Shown: positions 1 to 12,004 of the stretch, one piece after another
Layout: each line of letters begins with the position of its first letter
Numbering within the stretch: position 1 is the stretch's first letter
Origin: Narcine bancroftii
Taxonomy: Eukaryota
Length of the DNA: 64,000 nucleotides
Direction of reading: 5' to 3'
Assembly (NCBI RefSeq): GCF_036971445.1
Contig: NC_091477.1
Coordinates: 4,774,001 to 4,838,000, forward strand
Program-made: the position numbers and the translations under genes
The notes under the pieces: generated by a model
Told to the model about the DNA's origin: nothing
The model's input: only the letters and a program-made list of their open reading frames with translations
Database searches by the model: none

Positions 1-2065
1 TCAAATTTAACCCCCAAATCCTTCTCCCATTTAAGTCGTGATTTATCCAATTCAATCATATGCATTTTCTGCTGCATTAATGTATACATTTCAGAAATAA
101 AATCCTTCTTCCCTTCATCCCGGACCAACACTTCATTTCAATTCTTTAGGTGAAAGCAAATGTGTCTCGAAATAATCAAACAACATTGATTTAATTTGTT
201 TATAACAAAAAAAATGTGTGAGTAGGGATTTGCTATTTTTCCTTCAACCTTACAAATTGTACAAAATGACTCAATTCAAAGCAGTCATTTACCGTTGTAA
301 TTCCTTTCTGATTCCAAATTTTTAAGGTTATTGTCAATCATAAAAGGTTATTTATTCTGAAACAAAGGTGTATATCTAGAAAATTCAACTTAATTAACAA
401 TATTTTTACATACTCTTCCCAAATACTTATCAATGAGATTAAATATGTGCTTTCTAACCGCTAATAAATTTACTATTCCATTTATAGATAAAATAATCTC
501 TTCTATCTTCTCCAATTCACTTCAATTCTACATCTAGCCAAGTTACAGGACTATCTAAGTCAAACATTCTATTTATAATTTTTAGTTGAGTGGCTTTATA
601 ATAATTTAAAAAATTCAGAAGTTGCAAACCACCTAATTCGTATTTCCATGTTAATTTATGCATAGAAACCATTGCTAATTTTCCCTTCCATAACAATTTC
701 CTAACAATTTCATTGAAATCCCTAAAATTAGTTTTTGGTAAATTAGAAGGTATATTTTGAAAAAAATACTGGTCGAGGAAATATATTCATTTTTATACTG
801 TTCACACTACCCACTAATGTTAACGGTAAATCCTTTCATTTATTTAAATCTTCTTTTATTACAGACATTAATAATAAATAATTTAATTCAAATAATTGAT
901 TTTTATCTTTATTCACTTTAATAACTAAATACTTAGTGTGATTTGGCCATTAAAAGTCTCCCCCTCCTTTAGAACCAGAATAATCAGGTTCGGACAATGG
1001 CATAAGTTCACACTTGTTCCAATTCACTTTATAACCAGATAATTCCCCATATTGTAATAACTTGTTCTGTAACACCTTCAATTATTTTTGAGTCTGTTAA
1101 GTGTACTAATATATTATCTGCTAATAAACTAATCTTATAATTGATCAATCCTGATTTAATCCTCTTTATATAACTTTCCAGTCTTATTAATTGAGGTAAA
1201 GATTCAAACACCAATGGCAAACAATGCAGGTGATAAAGAGCACCCCTGACTCGTAGATCTCTCCAAATTAAAAGATTCAGATATGACTCCATTTGTCATA
1301 ACTCTCGTATTAGTTTGTTTATATATTGCCTTAATGCAATTTATAAACATTGATGCAAACCAAAATTTCTCCAATACATTAAATTAAAAAAGAAAACATT
1401 CCACCCTATCAAATGCTTTTTTCAGCATCCATCGATAAGACCACTTGAACTTGGATTGCTCCAGAGAAATATGTATTAAACTAATTAATTTAACTACATT
1501 ATCTGCAAGTATCTACCCTTAATTAAACACGTCTGAACAATATGAATCAACTTTGTTAAATACTGTGCCAGTCTATTTGCCAAACTCTTAGTCAAAATTT
1601 TATACTCAACATTCAATAATGAAATTTGTCTATAAGAGCCAGGATGGAAAATGTTTTTATCGTTTTTAAGGATGACTGTAATAATTGCTAGTGAAAATTA
1701 TTCCAGAACAGATCATGTATCCGAAAACTGTTGTAAAACCTCAACAAACACTGGAAGCACTAAATGTTGGAATTTCTTTTAAAATTCGAGAGAAAACCCA
1801 TCTTCTCCTGGAGATTTACCATTTGGCATTGAATTCAAAACAGATTTAATTTGTCTCGAAGCATTTGGTTTCTCCAATAGTTCCATCATTGAATATTGGT
1901 AACTGCAATCTGCTTAAAAAATCTCTATTTTATTCGCACCTTGTCGTATTTCGGAAGAATATAGTTTTTTTTATATAAAATTCTCTAAACCCTTTATTAC
2001 TATGCCCATAAGAAACTTACGAATTTTTATTAACTGTATTTATCATTCTAGATGTTTGCTCAGAT
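1..2065 (-). mobile_element. Degenerate L1-clade LINE ORF2 (RT region) relic, part of the amplified cassette
   Basis: Minus strand encodes L1 RT motifs with stops/frameshifts: DAEKAFDRVE at ~1400-1430, YRQISLLNVEYKILTK at ~1590-1640, GKSPGEDG at ~1800-1820. Paralogous copies precede genes 3 and 4. Ends approximate. Confidence 0.85.
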
Positions 2066-2180
2066 ACAAATTACACGACAAATCATAATATTTCTGATTA
2101 GAACATCATAATAGCCGAAGGCGTAACCATTCATTTTGTCGTTTATGGTTGTACAACATTAAACATTTAACAGAATAGTC

Positions 2181-2290
2181 TAGCTTTAAGAATTGTCGCT
2201 GCAGTTATTGAAAAGGACTGACAGCGTCGCTGTCTACCAATGGGAAACTCTAGTTCGCGGCTGGATCCATTACCCGCCCACACCCCTGCA
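2181..2290 (+). promoter_or_regulatory. Clustered-Pcdh promoter with conserved sequence element (CSE, CGCT box; putative CTCF site), CCAAT and GC box
   Basis: GCGTCGCTGTCTACCAATGG at 2224-2243 resembles the known Pcdh CSE. CTTTAAGAA at 2184, GGATCCATT at 2263, CCCGCCC at 2273. The CGCT lies 254 nt before the ATG. Confidence 0.85.
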
Positions 2291-2481
2291 CAAAATAGAG
2301 TAGTCGACCAGAAGGCGAGCAGTGCCCGAATTGAGATCATGAAGTCCGACGGAGGTGGATAAATCACTTGCTGTTTCGATTCGATATGTAGAGTATTCAC
2401 ATTCACATTATTTTGGTCAGAACCGTTTTTCGGATTAATCGAGACGAGGCCTGGTTTTGCAAAATAATTCACTGCGGAACA

Positions 2482-4860
2482 ATGGCGTACCCACTGTGGT
2501 TTGCCTTCAATCTGCTTGCATGCGCGTTTCTGACATGTATACCAGATTTAATTACTGGCCAAATTCGTTATTCAATTCACGAGGAATTGGAAGAAGGGGC
2601 ATTTGTCGGGAATATCGCTCAGGATTTGGGACTGAATGTCCGGCAATTGTCCACTCGCAAATTACGCCTGGCCCCTGTCGCCGGAGGACGGTACATGAAG
2701 GTTAGTTTGGATAATGGGCTTTTGTCTATTCGTGAAAGGATCGACCGGGAACATATTTGTGGACAGGCAGTTGTGTGTATTTTACCTTTCGAAACAACTC
2801 TGCAAAATCCTTTGGAGGTTCATCACGGCGAACTGGAGATTCTTGATGTAAATGACAATTCCCCGGTTTTCCGCGACGGCAGCATTTCTTTGAAGATGTC
2901 CGAAGCAATTCCACCAGGAATACGCTTCCGCCTCGAGGGCGCAGAAGATCAGGATATTGGGATAAATACTGTCGCCGGCTACACAATCAGTTCCAGTGAG
3001 TACTTCAGTCTAAAAACGCAGCTCACCGATGACCGTGTTATAAGGGCAGAGTTGGTGTTAGAGAAATCTTTGGACCGAGAGCGGCAATCATCCTTTCAGT
3101 TGTTGCTTACGGCCACTGACGGTGGGATTCCTCAAAGGTCCGGTACGGCTCAGATTCTCATTACAATATTGGACTTCAATGATAATCCACCTATATTCGA
3201 GCATGATGTCTACAAAGGCAGCCTCAGTGAAAACGCACTGCCAGGTACCTCAGTGTTGAAAGTTAATGCAAACGATTTGGACGAGGGGGTGAATGCTGAG
3301 ATAACATATTCTTTCAGTGATCGAACCATGAGACAAATACGTGATATATTAATCATAGACCCAGATACAGGAGAGATTCGGCTAGAAGGACCGCTGGATT
3401 TTGAAGAAGCAAACACCTATTCGCTCGACGTTCAAGCTGTGGACCACGGTTTCCCTGCGATTACAGGATACTCAAAAGTGCTGATCAAGGTAATTGATGT
3501 GAACGACAACGCCCCCGATATAACATTGACATCAACATTTAACAAAATCACGGAAGATGCTCCTCCGGGAACATTCATAACCTTGATCAATGTCATCGAT
3601 CGCGATTCTGGAGAAAATGGTCGAGTTCGGTGTGCAATACCGAAGAACATCCCTTTCAGGCTACAAACATCATCTGACCGTTATAAACTAATTTCTAGTG
3701 AAGCGTTGGACCGTGAGGCGATCTCTGAGTACAAGATTCCTGTTTCAGCCTGGGACCAGGGATCTCCTTCACTGTCAACAAATAAAACCATCCATGTCAC
3801 AATTTCCGATGTAAATGATAATGCCCCACAGTTTACGGAGCCTTCCTACAACATTTATGTGATGGAAAACAACGGCCTTGGTGTTTCTATATTCGCGGTT
3901 ACAGCGTCCGATCCTGATTTGGACCAGAATTCGTATGTTTCATACTCTCTTCTGACCAATCAAATGGGAGACTTGCCAATGTCCAGTTTTATCAGCATTA
4001 ACTCGATGAACGGTACCATTTACGCGCTGCGCTCATTCGACTACGAGAAACTAAAAACCTTCCAGATCCAGGTTCAAGCCCGTGACGCTGGAGTGCCCCC
4101 GCTGAGCAGTCGCGCTGCGGTTAATGTGATAATCCTGGATCAAAATGACAACGCGCCGGTAATTGTTTCACCTTCAGCACCGGGTGGATCAGCAGCAGTG
4201 AATTTCATGCCCCATTTAGCGAGTCAAGGCTACCTGGTGACCAGGGTAATGGCTACAGATGCAGATTCCGGGCAGAACGCACGGCTGTTATATCAGATGC
4301 TCAAATCGACTGATTCTAGCTTGTTCAACGTTGGACGAAATTCCGGTGAAATCAGAACTGCTCGCAATATTTTGCAGTCAGATAGCAGCTCACAGACTTT
4401 GGTGATATTGGTGAAGGACAACGGGCAGCCAAGCCTCTCGAACACGGTTACAATTCACATTACAGCTTTGGAGAACATCACCGAAAAAATAAGCAAAAGT
4501 AGTAAATTAGTGAAGTATCCGGAATACGTTTCCAATCGAAATCTTTATTTGATCGTCATTTTCGGTTGCACGTCCATTGCCTTTCTGTTGATCATCGTTC
4601 TGTTGATTGGCATCAAGTGTAAGCAGGACAGAACTGTCATCCAGGAGTACAATTACCCCAGTTATTGTTACAAAGGCGGAGATTCGCGCGTCACGTTGAA
4701 CCGGGGAGCTGCAATGGAGGAAACTTTGCGCTATCCCGGGACTGGCCAGGTAATCCGCGTGCCAGAATTGAATCAATATTCTGTCTGCCTGTCCCCGGAA
4801 TCAGCGAAAAGTGATTTTCTCTTCTTGAAGCCATGCGACGTTCCCACCTCTCAAGCCTAA
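2482..4860 (+). CDS. Clustered protocadherin 1 (type A), 792 aa, intact single ORF: signal peptide, EC1-EC6, TM, short tail
   Basis: ATG in good Kozak context (acaATGG). QIRYSI..EE..G.FVGNIA.DLGL start of EC1, C-x5-C (CGQAVVC), repeated DxNDN/LDRE/DxD calcium motifs, TM LYLIVIFGCTSIAFLLIIVLLIGI, tail YSVCLSPESAKSDFLFLKP. The ORF-track start at 2413 is a non-ATG extension. Confidence 0.95.
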   Translation: MAYPLWFAFNLLACAFLTCIPDLITGQIRYSIHEELEEGAFVGNIAQDLGLNVRQLSTRKLRLAPVAGGRYMKVSLDNGLLSIRERIDREHICGQAVVCILPFETTLQNPLEVHHGELEILDVNDNSPVFRDGSISLKMSEAIPPGIRFRLEGAEDQDIGINTVAGYTISSSEYFSLKTQLTDDRVIRAELVLEKSLDRERQSSFQLLLTATDGGIPQRSGTAQILITILDFNDNPPIFEHDVYKGSLSENALPGTSVLKVNANDLDEGVNAEITYSFSDRTMRQIRDILIIDPDTGEIRLEGPLDFEEANTYSLDVQAVDHGFPAITGYSKVLIKVIDVNDNAPDITLTSTFNKITEDAPPGTFITLINVIDRDSGENGRVRCAIPKNIPFRLQTSSDRYKLISSEALDREAISEYKIPVSAWDQGSPSLSTNKTIHVTISDVNDNAPQFTEPSYNIYVMENNGLGVSIFAVTASDPDLDQNSYVSYSLLTNQMGDLPMSSFISINSMNGTIYALRSFDYEKLKTFQIQVQARDAGVPPLSSRAAVNVIILDQNDNAPVIVSPSAPGGSAAVNFMPHLASQGYLVTRVMATDADSGQNARLLYQMLKSTDSSLFNVGRNSGEIRTARNILQSDSSSQTLVILVKDNGQPSLSNTVTIHITALENITEKISKSSKLVKYPEYVSNRNLYLIVIFGCTSIAFLLIIVLLIGIKCKQDRTVIQEYNYPSYCYKGGDSRVTLNRGAAMEETLRYPGTGQVIRVPELNQYSVCLSPESAKSDFLFLKPCDVPTSQA

Positions 4861-5038
4861 TGCTAAATTACCATGATGTTCCACATCATTCATTTACCAT
4901 GGTGCCCAGCTTAATTGCAATAATTTCTTTTGTTATCAAGGAATGTTAGTTATTGTAATTGAAGTTTTTAAGAAAGTATCCATAGGCGTAAAACAGTTTA
5001 GTTTTAATTTAAACTTCTGTTAAGTTTTAATGGTCTAA

Positions 5039-5044
5039 AATAAA
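5039..5044 (+). terminator. Candidate polyadenylation signal of gene 1
   Basis: AATAAA 179 nt after the stop; an equivalent signal follows genes 2-6. Confidence 0.6.
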
Positions 5045-5095
5045 AGTGTGAAAAATTAAGAATCCAATTTTTTAAGATTACCATCTGTTAATTTT

Positions 5096-7464
5096 TTAAA
5101 AAACTTTATTTATTCGTTCAAAATACAGATAGTAAATAACATATACAACAATGAACCTGAAACATGAACGTTATATTTTATATAAAAAATAAAAGTAAAG
5201 AAAAAATGAAAAAAAAACGAAACCCCCCCACCTTCCCCTTCAGCCAACTCTCCTAAAGATAGTCATAAAGAAAGGAAAATATAATTAAGGAAAATTAAAC
5301 ATATATATTAAGATCTGATCAACATAAATCAAAATGTAAATATTCTAAATATAACAATCACTTACTAATAACATTTCACGCGAAAAATATGTAATCTATT
5401 CCATTATTAAACAATATTTCATCTCATTATATCATCTATTAATATCAATCATATTCGTATTTTTCCACGTACTAACAATACATTTTTTCGCTAAAAATAA
5501 TGCTAAATATACAAAAGCAAGTTGAAATTTATCTAATTCTAAACCTTTCAAAGGTTATAAGCTGCCCAATAAAGATGCTATCGGGGCTAAAGGTATTTTA
5601 TCCTTATACAGGTATTCTAAAAACAATTGAATTTTCCTCCAAAAAGATTTTACATATATATGTAAAATATACATACATATATATACATGACCGGACAGCA
5701 TGAAAAAATTTTTACAACAGAATTACCACATCTAAAACACGAATTTAATTAACGAAAAACATACTTTTTTAGTTTTTCAGATGTTAAATATAATTAATAT
5801 AAAAAAATTAATCATTGCATAGCGTAAATGTATTAGCCTAATTACAGTATCATAACAAATCATCTTCAGGAAAAATAAAACCAATATCCACTTCCCATTT
5901 CCCTTCGGATTTATCCCAACCTTTTTTATCCATACCATCCTATAATATTTAATACATAAATGAAATATAACCCTTCTCTGGTACCTTCATAAGAAAAGTC
6001 TCAAATTTAGTCATTTCATGTAAAATCATATCACTACCAAACACACGTTTTACCAAAGATCAAATTTAATAATAAAGAAACAAAGAGTTCTTATCAATAC
6101 CATAGCTGTCCCTCATCTTCACACTTAATCGGACTGTTTAAACCTCAAACATTAAAAGTAGCAAACCTCAACTTTAACATATCTACTAATATTACTAAAG
6201 ACCAATAATATCTTTATATGAAAACTCAAATCATCATATATAGGCCGTCCAATAGGAGAAAAAAATCACAAATTAAAAGCTAGATAAAATGAAAATAATA
6301 AAAAGAAGAATAAAATTAACAACCCCCCACCCAAAAAAAAAATTATCAAAAGGTAGTAATCCCTGAACAAAATTTGGGTGTGGATAACCCACCAGTGGCT
6401 GATGACTAATAGAACCTAGAACTAATCTCTTCCTCCCCAGCCAAACATAAAGTAATCTCAAAATATCATAATAACATAAAAAATAAAATAAGAATAAGAA
6501 GATTCTTCTATTCATCCAAGAGGTTCCAAACTCGGAGATCCCATTTCAAAAGAAGCTGGACTCTTTCCATTTCCGTTTTCCCCATTTCTGCCATTTCTTC
6601 CAATGGTGGACTACGTGTTTGTCCTCTTATATCTGGCAATGAATCAGCAAAAATCATTGCTTCACGATCATCCTCAAAAAACCGAGATTGATGGTCTCCA
6701 TGAAACACCTTCAACACTGCCGGATAGCAAAAAGTAGACTTATAACCTTTACGCCACAAAACTTCTTTAACTGGATTAAATTGACGTCGACGTTGAATGA
6801 CCTCTTGACTCAAATCAGGATAAAAAAACTCTGCTATTCTGAATCAATAACAGAGTTTTTCGTTTCTCGCATTTTGCACTGCCAGTCGAAGTATTGCTTC
6901 TCTATCCAAATAATTCAAACATCGATTTATTACAGGTCTCGGTGGTTGACCAGGTAAAGGTGTTCTTGAAGCTCTATGAGTTCTTTCCAGTACCAAGCTT
7001 CCAGAAAAAAAATTCTTGCCCTTTGTGGGATCCAGTCTTTAAAAAAAACGAAGAGGATCTTGTCCTTCCATACCTTCCGGCAAACCAACAATTTTCACAC
7101 TATTCCTTCTACTTTGATTCTCCAAATAGTCTATTTTCCTCTCTAACTCCTTCTCACATTCTCGCAATTCTATAATGGATTTTTCAACCTTCAACACTTT
7201 TTCTGTATTAGAAGTCACTTGCTGTTTACATTCCAAAAAATAAGACTGAAAGTTTAAAAAATCTTCACAAGATGCTTCCACACGTGCTTTAACTGTATTC
7301 AATTCTGAACTTATCCTTTAAGCCATCTCATTCTTTATAGGCTGGATGACAGCATTTAACTGCTTAACATGTTGTTCAGAAAAACACAGCCCTGCTTTCT
7401 CTAACGTAGTGGCAGAACCAGGTAAATGCAGCTCCTGCTGCAACTCAACAAAAGGCATTTTAAT
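5096..7464 (-). mobile_element. L1-derived insertion (ORF1 plus only the C-terminal part of ORF2), unique to unit 1
   Basis: Absent from the paralogous sites after genes 2, 3 and 4. Flanked by imperfect direct repeats catctgttaatttt (5082-5095) / catttgtcaatttt (7465-7478). ORF1 motif RRNSVKIVGLPEG (7039-7302) and C-terminal ORF1 domain (6508-6813). ORF2 zinc-knuckle remnant CFRCG..FHA..SC at ~5690-5745. Confidence 0.85.
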
Positions 7465-7949
7465 CATTTGTCAATTTTGAAGGAAATTCGAACGCTCCGG
7501 CAATTAACGACACAATCAAGTGGTTGTTATCGGAATGATTATGCAATGAAATTTGATGTCTGGATTGAGTTATGTGCTTTAATATTAATAATGAAAATTG
7601 CGCTCAATATACAAATATGGTTGCATACGTTCCACACGAATGTCAAAATTGAAGACAAATATAGGATAAAAGGTAGAATCCTGAAACCCAAACTTAAAAC
7701 TAGAACCTCCAGGAAACACTGCTTCCCTTTGCAGGGGAATATAACTCATTCCAACAGTATATCTTCTCCATCATAGATATCACTCGCCTCCCTTTTTAAA
7801 AATTTCATAGAAAAATCTATGGATTATTTTTTCTTCCATCAATCCCTCCCATCCTTCAGCGCGTTCCCTTCCACCTGCAGGAGTTGCAATGTGAGTCCTT
7901 TAAAAAAATCTGTTTGCTTGCCTCTGCTCAGCAAGTTTTGAGATGAAAT

Positions 7950-8590
7950 GAAGATTGGAGACAATGTTGACAGCGAATAAAGTTTTCAGAACTTGCAGAG
8001 AGATTAGGACCAGCTGGAAAAATGAGGTGAAGTTGGCAGATGGCATTTCATGCAGAGAAGTTTGAGATGTTGCATCTTGGAAGGACAAACCAAGGTCGGA
8101 CGCATTCGTCCTGTGTTCTATAGATGCAAAGCTTATTGTAAAGTAGAACATAGAACACGACAGCGCAGTAGAAGCCCTTCTGCCCCCATCTCGCACTGAC
8201 ACATATATTCTTTAAATTATGCACTCTACCCACCCTACCCCATCAACCTCTATTTTACTCTCATCCATGTGCATCTCTAAGAGTCTCTAAATGCCTGTAA
8301 TGTTTCCGCCTCTCCCACCGCCCCTTGCAAGGCATACCATGCACCCATAAATCTCTGCAGAATACACGTACCCCTGATATTTCCCCTAAACCTCCCTCCC
8401 TTCACGTTTTGCATATGTCTTCTGCTGTTTGGTATTCTTGACCTGGGAAACAGGTGGTGGCTGTCAACCCGATCTAAGCCTCTCAGTCATACAAAGGTCT
8501 ATCATGTGTCCTATCATCCTCGACAAAGATAAAATTCCTTGTTCGATTAGCCTTGCTTAATAAGACATGTTTTCCTATCCAAGCAACATA
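7950..8590. mobile_element. CR1-clade LINE relics (short + strand RT fragment, then - strand 3' end)
   Basis: LQRD.DQL..W...WQMAF..EK.EMLH.GR-like + strand fragment; tagaacatagaac terminal repeat at ~8145 begins a minus-strand CR1 3' end. Paralogues at ~14980-15620 and ~26230-26860. Confidence 0.7.
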
Positions 8591-9795
8591 AGTTCTAAAA
8601 TATTAATTCCTCAAATTCAAAAGTGGTCTTATCAGGAAAGAATAGTTTCGGTACGCTGGTATTCACTGCAGATGGAAAGGGCGAGAGGGACTTTGCATGT
8701 GTTACAGTCTCAGAGGATTCTAAAACACAGCAGCAATAGAGGTTCATCAAGCCAAATGTTTCGTTAAACATTTTCTTTAACATAAAAACAGGATCAAACT
8801 TTAACTTATTACTATTAAATTAACTTAACCTGACATCATCCCCTTCTGATTCTAAATCACGTGCAAGTAATGTGCACATTCTCAGAAAAGTTCTTTGGTT
8901 CAAAGTCCAATCTTACTTCACACTCCTTCAGGGTCACTTGTATCAGGCAATTCTCATACTGTGAACAGAATGTAACATTTCTGAATTTTCACTGGGCGCT
9001 AGTTGAAAGGAAAATGGTCACTTCTCAGGAAGTGTTTAGATGGATTCAGAGCGAGATTTGATGCTCGTTGAACTGATTTCCCATGATCAGTAATTCAGTA
9101 TCATGCCGCAGAGACTTTCCCCATCATGGATTTTCCAAATGAAAAACTTTTCTTCCAGGTTATCCCTTATTTCAGGAGAAACATTCTAGCCAGCCATATC
9201 CTGTTGAAACGACTACAGGGGGTTTTCAAATGGTTCAATTCATAAACTACAACCCATATTCATAATGGGGTTTCAAACAAGCTTCCTAAAGTCACTGCAG
9301 AAGTTTGTTCTGTCTGTCTGTCTGCCTGTCTGTCTCTCTCTTTCAAATAAGAATCCTGTTTGGTCTTTTTCTCTCTCTTTGCTTGCAAAACCACATGAAC
9401 CTTCTGAGAAGAGCAAACTGGAAGCAGACAGATTGCTGACACCAGAATCACCTGCTTGGCCATCTGTTGCTTTCAAAACATTAATCGATTAACTCCACAG
9501 CATCAGTTCAAGTAACACCTACGTGAAATCTTCATAAATATTCTTCAAAGTTTCTGTAAATTCACTGTGGACATGCTGTCTCTCCTTCTGCATAGCTCTT
9601 GCAGTTTAAATGAGGTGTCTCGTGTGAAGTGTGACCGTCTTTGCTTGTGGTAACCTGCACTAAACCGCACCCCCTACAACCTATCTTTTTTAAAGATATA
9701 TAATTCTGTTATTATTACACTGACTTTACATTCACAACAGTAAAAAGAATACACATCTTCTCTCTCTCTCGCTCACACTTTCTCTCTCTCTCTCA

Positions 9796-9836
<41 letters not shown>

Positions 9837-11740
9837 TATAAACATGTTATAACAATGTATCCCAATGTTGAGAGTTATATGTCTTTAGATGTTCAATTTA
9901 ACTTCTTGACAAACAATCTTTTCTTACATTATTTGTTCCTTTCATATTATTAATTTGCAGATTATATTCTTGCAATACTAAAGACCAGTTTAACAATCTT
10001 CTGTTTTTATTCTTCGTTTTATTAAAATAAACACCAGAGGGCTGTGGCCAGTAAATATCACAACTGGTTCATGAGTGGTACCCAGATACATGTCAACATT
10101 CTGAACAGCTATTATTGTAGATAACAGTTCATTTCCAATACTAGAATAGTTCCTTTGATGAACATTGAAATTCTTTGAAAAGTAGGCAATGGTAAGGCCA
10201 ATTTCATGTTTTTGCAATGAAATTATGCCTGCTGCTCCCTCACTGGCATCTACTTATAAAGGAAATTGTCTGTCAAAAGCATAGCATCTGGCATAGCATC
10301 TCCTTTAAATTTTTAAAAGATTTCTAACAATCTGTCGTCCACGCGAATTTCTCCCATTTCTTCAAAACATTGATTGAATGAATAGTAACTTCAGCAAGCT
10401 TTCTATAAAATATCCTAGAATTTCCAAATTCCTCACTGCTTTCTTGCCATTGGGAATAGGACATTCAGAAATTGCATACACTTAGCTTGAACAGGTGCAA
10501 CTTTTCCATGACCAACTACATGAGCTAAGTATGTCAGTAGCACTTTCTAATACACCTTTATCTAAACTGACAGTTAAGCGTCCTTTGGATAATCATGAAA
10601 ACAATTTGTTCAGTTCTCTCAGGCGTTCTACCCATGTGCCACTTTTTGTGAGGAAGTCATCAAAATAAGCATCTCTTTGTCAAAAGTTTGAGTCCCGAAT
10701 TTAACATCCTTTGGAATGTGGCACGGACATATTCCATGCCAAAATGTTTCAAATTATATTCATATATACCAGATGGTGTCACAAATGCAGAAATAATCCT
10801 TCCTCCATCTATTAGTGCCACACACACCAGTAACCCTTCCACAAATCCACTTTAGTAATAAATTTAGCTTTCTCAATTTTATTAATATAATCATAAATTT
10901 TAGGAATAAGACAAGTATGTGCTTTAGTTACTGAATTAACATCCCTATAACCTGAACACAAGGAAAACTCCATTCTGAGTTTGAAGGTCTAATAATATAA
11001 TTTTTCAAGATATATTCCACCTCCAGATCGATTATTTTACTCTTTTGAATATTTATGGTATATGGATATTCGCTTATGGGATTTGCGTCACCCACATCCA
11101 CATCATATTGAATTACTGACGTCCTGTTAGGCACATCAGGAAAATAATGTGCATTTTTCAAAAGTAAATACTTTAATGCTTCTGTTCTTGAGATTTAACA
11201 TTTTCCTTCAGATTTTCTAAAATTGTTGAGTTAGACAGGTGCACAGGAATTACTGTTTTATAAGGTTACTCTTAAAAGATTCTGATCCATAATCTTATTA
11301 ATCGAACTTCTGCAACTCTGCCAATAGCTAGCACCTCTGATATAAACTGTTCTCTGCTACCTTTATCCTCATAATAATTTTTGAGCATATTTATTTGACA
11401 CACCTCAGATTTATTCCTACCATCTGGAGTGTTAACATCATTCATTTTCGATTTCACTTCACATGGTTTAGAAAATTTCGCACTCAGGGGATTGTCATTT
11501 GTTAGGAACAAAATTAACAATTTACTTTCTTTATTAAAAATCCTCACTTGAGCCTTCCTGTAAAATAAACGCTCCATTTCACCCTGGGCCATTTCTAAAT
11601 TCTTTTAAGCCAAAGTCCACAAATTTTGTAACTGATCTTTAAATTTAGAAACATAATCCAGCAAGTACAGCTGTACATCCTCATGAACCCACCGTTTTTT
11701 AACAACATTAACGGTCCTCTAATCTGAAGTCAAACCCATC
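8590..11740 (-). mobile_element. Degenerate Gypsy (Gmr1-like) LTR retrotransposon relic: integrase C-term, RT, RNase H, putative LTR
   Basis: Minus-strand fragments: integrase C-term (11272-11592), RT N-term (IIRPSNSEWSFP, SAFVTPSGIYEY), RNase H (AYFSKNFNVHQRNYSSI). The region ~8590-9850 with CT repeats is a probable LTR. Ends approximate. Confidence 0.8.
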
Positions 11741-12004
11741 TCGCTAACAATCCCAATTAAAAAGATTTTTTGATCCAAAGAAAATTTTATTTTCAAAATA
11801 CTTTGTAAACAATCTCTTACTCTATAGCAAAAAACACTAATGTTATCACAAGGCCATAATGAGTGTAAAAACGCATCTCTCAGACCATTTCACCGAAGGC
11901 ACAGATCTGAAGCTCTCTGCTTATATCTTTTCAAACGTTTTGTGGTCAGGAATATTTGATGTAGGAAATTATCAATTACCAGTCCATACCTAACATTTAC
12001 TAAT
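11741..12004 (-). mobile_element. Remnant of the cassette L1 relic (ORF2 C-terminal region), truncated by a deletion
   Basis: Homologous to 19366-19630 and 29575-29840; joins directly to Pcdh coding sequence at 12005. Confidence 0.75.

Noticed and set aside
2413-2481. 23-aa N-terminal extension in the ORF track (also 23060, 32714, 51833)
   Set aside because: Begins at non-ATG codons; the downstream ATG has Kozak context and is followed by a signal peptide
3109-3128. Possible exonic CTCF site (GGCCACTGACGGTGGG)
   Set aside because: Weak match, fully explained by the conserved TATDGG coding motif; needs ChIP data
4747-4755. Donor-like CAG|GTAATC in the cytoplasmic tail as the variable-exon end
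   Set aside because: Not conserved at this position in genes 5 and 6, and the codons after it (YSVCLSPESAK.DFLFLKP) are strongly conserved as protein; minor use cannot be excluded
3210-4776. Recurrent antisense ORFs overlapping Pcdh genes
   Set aside because: Shadows of near-identical coding sequence, with no independent features
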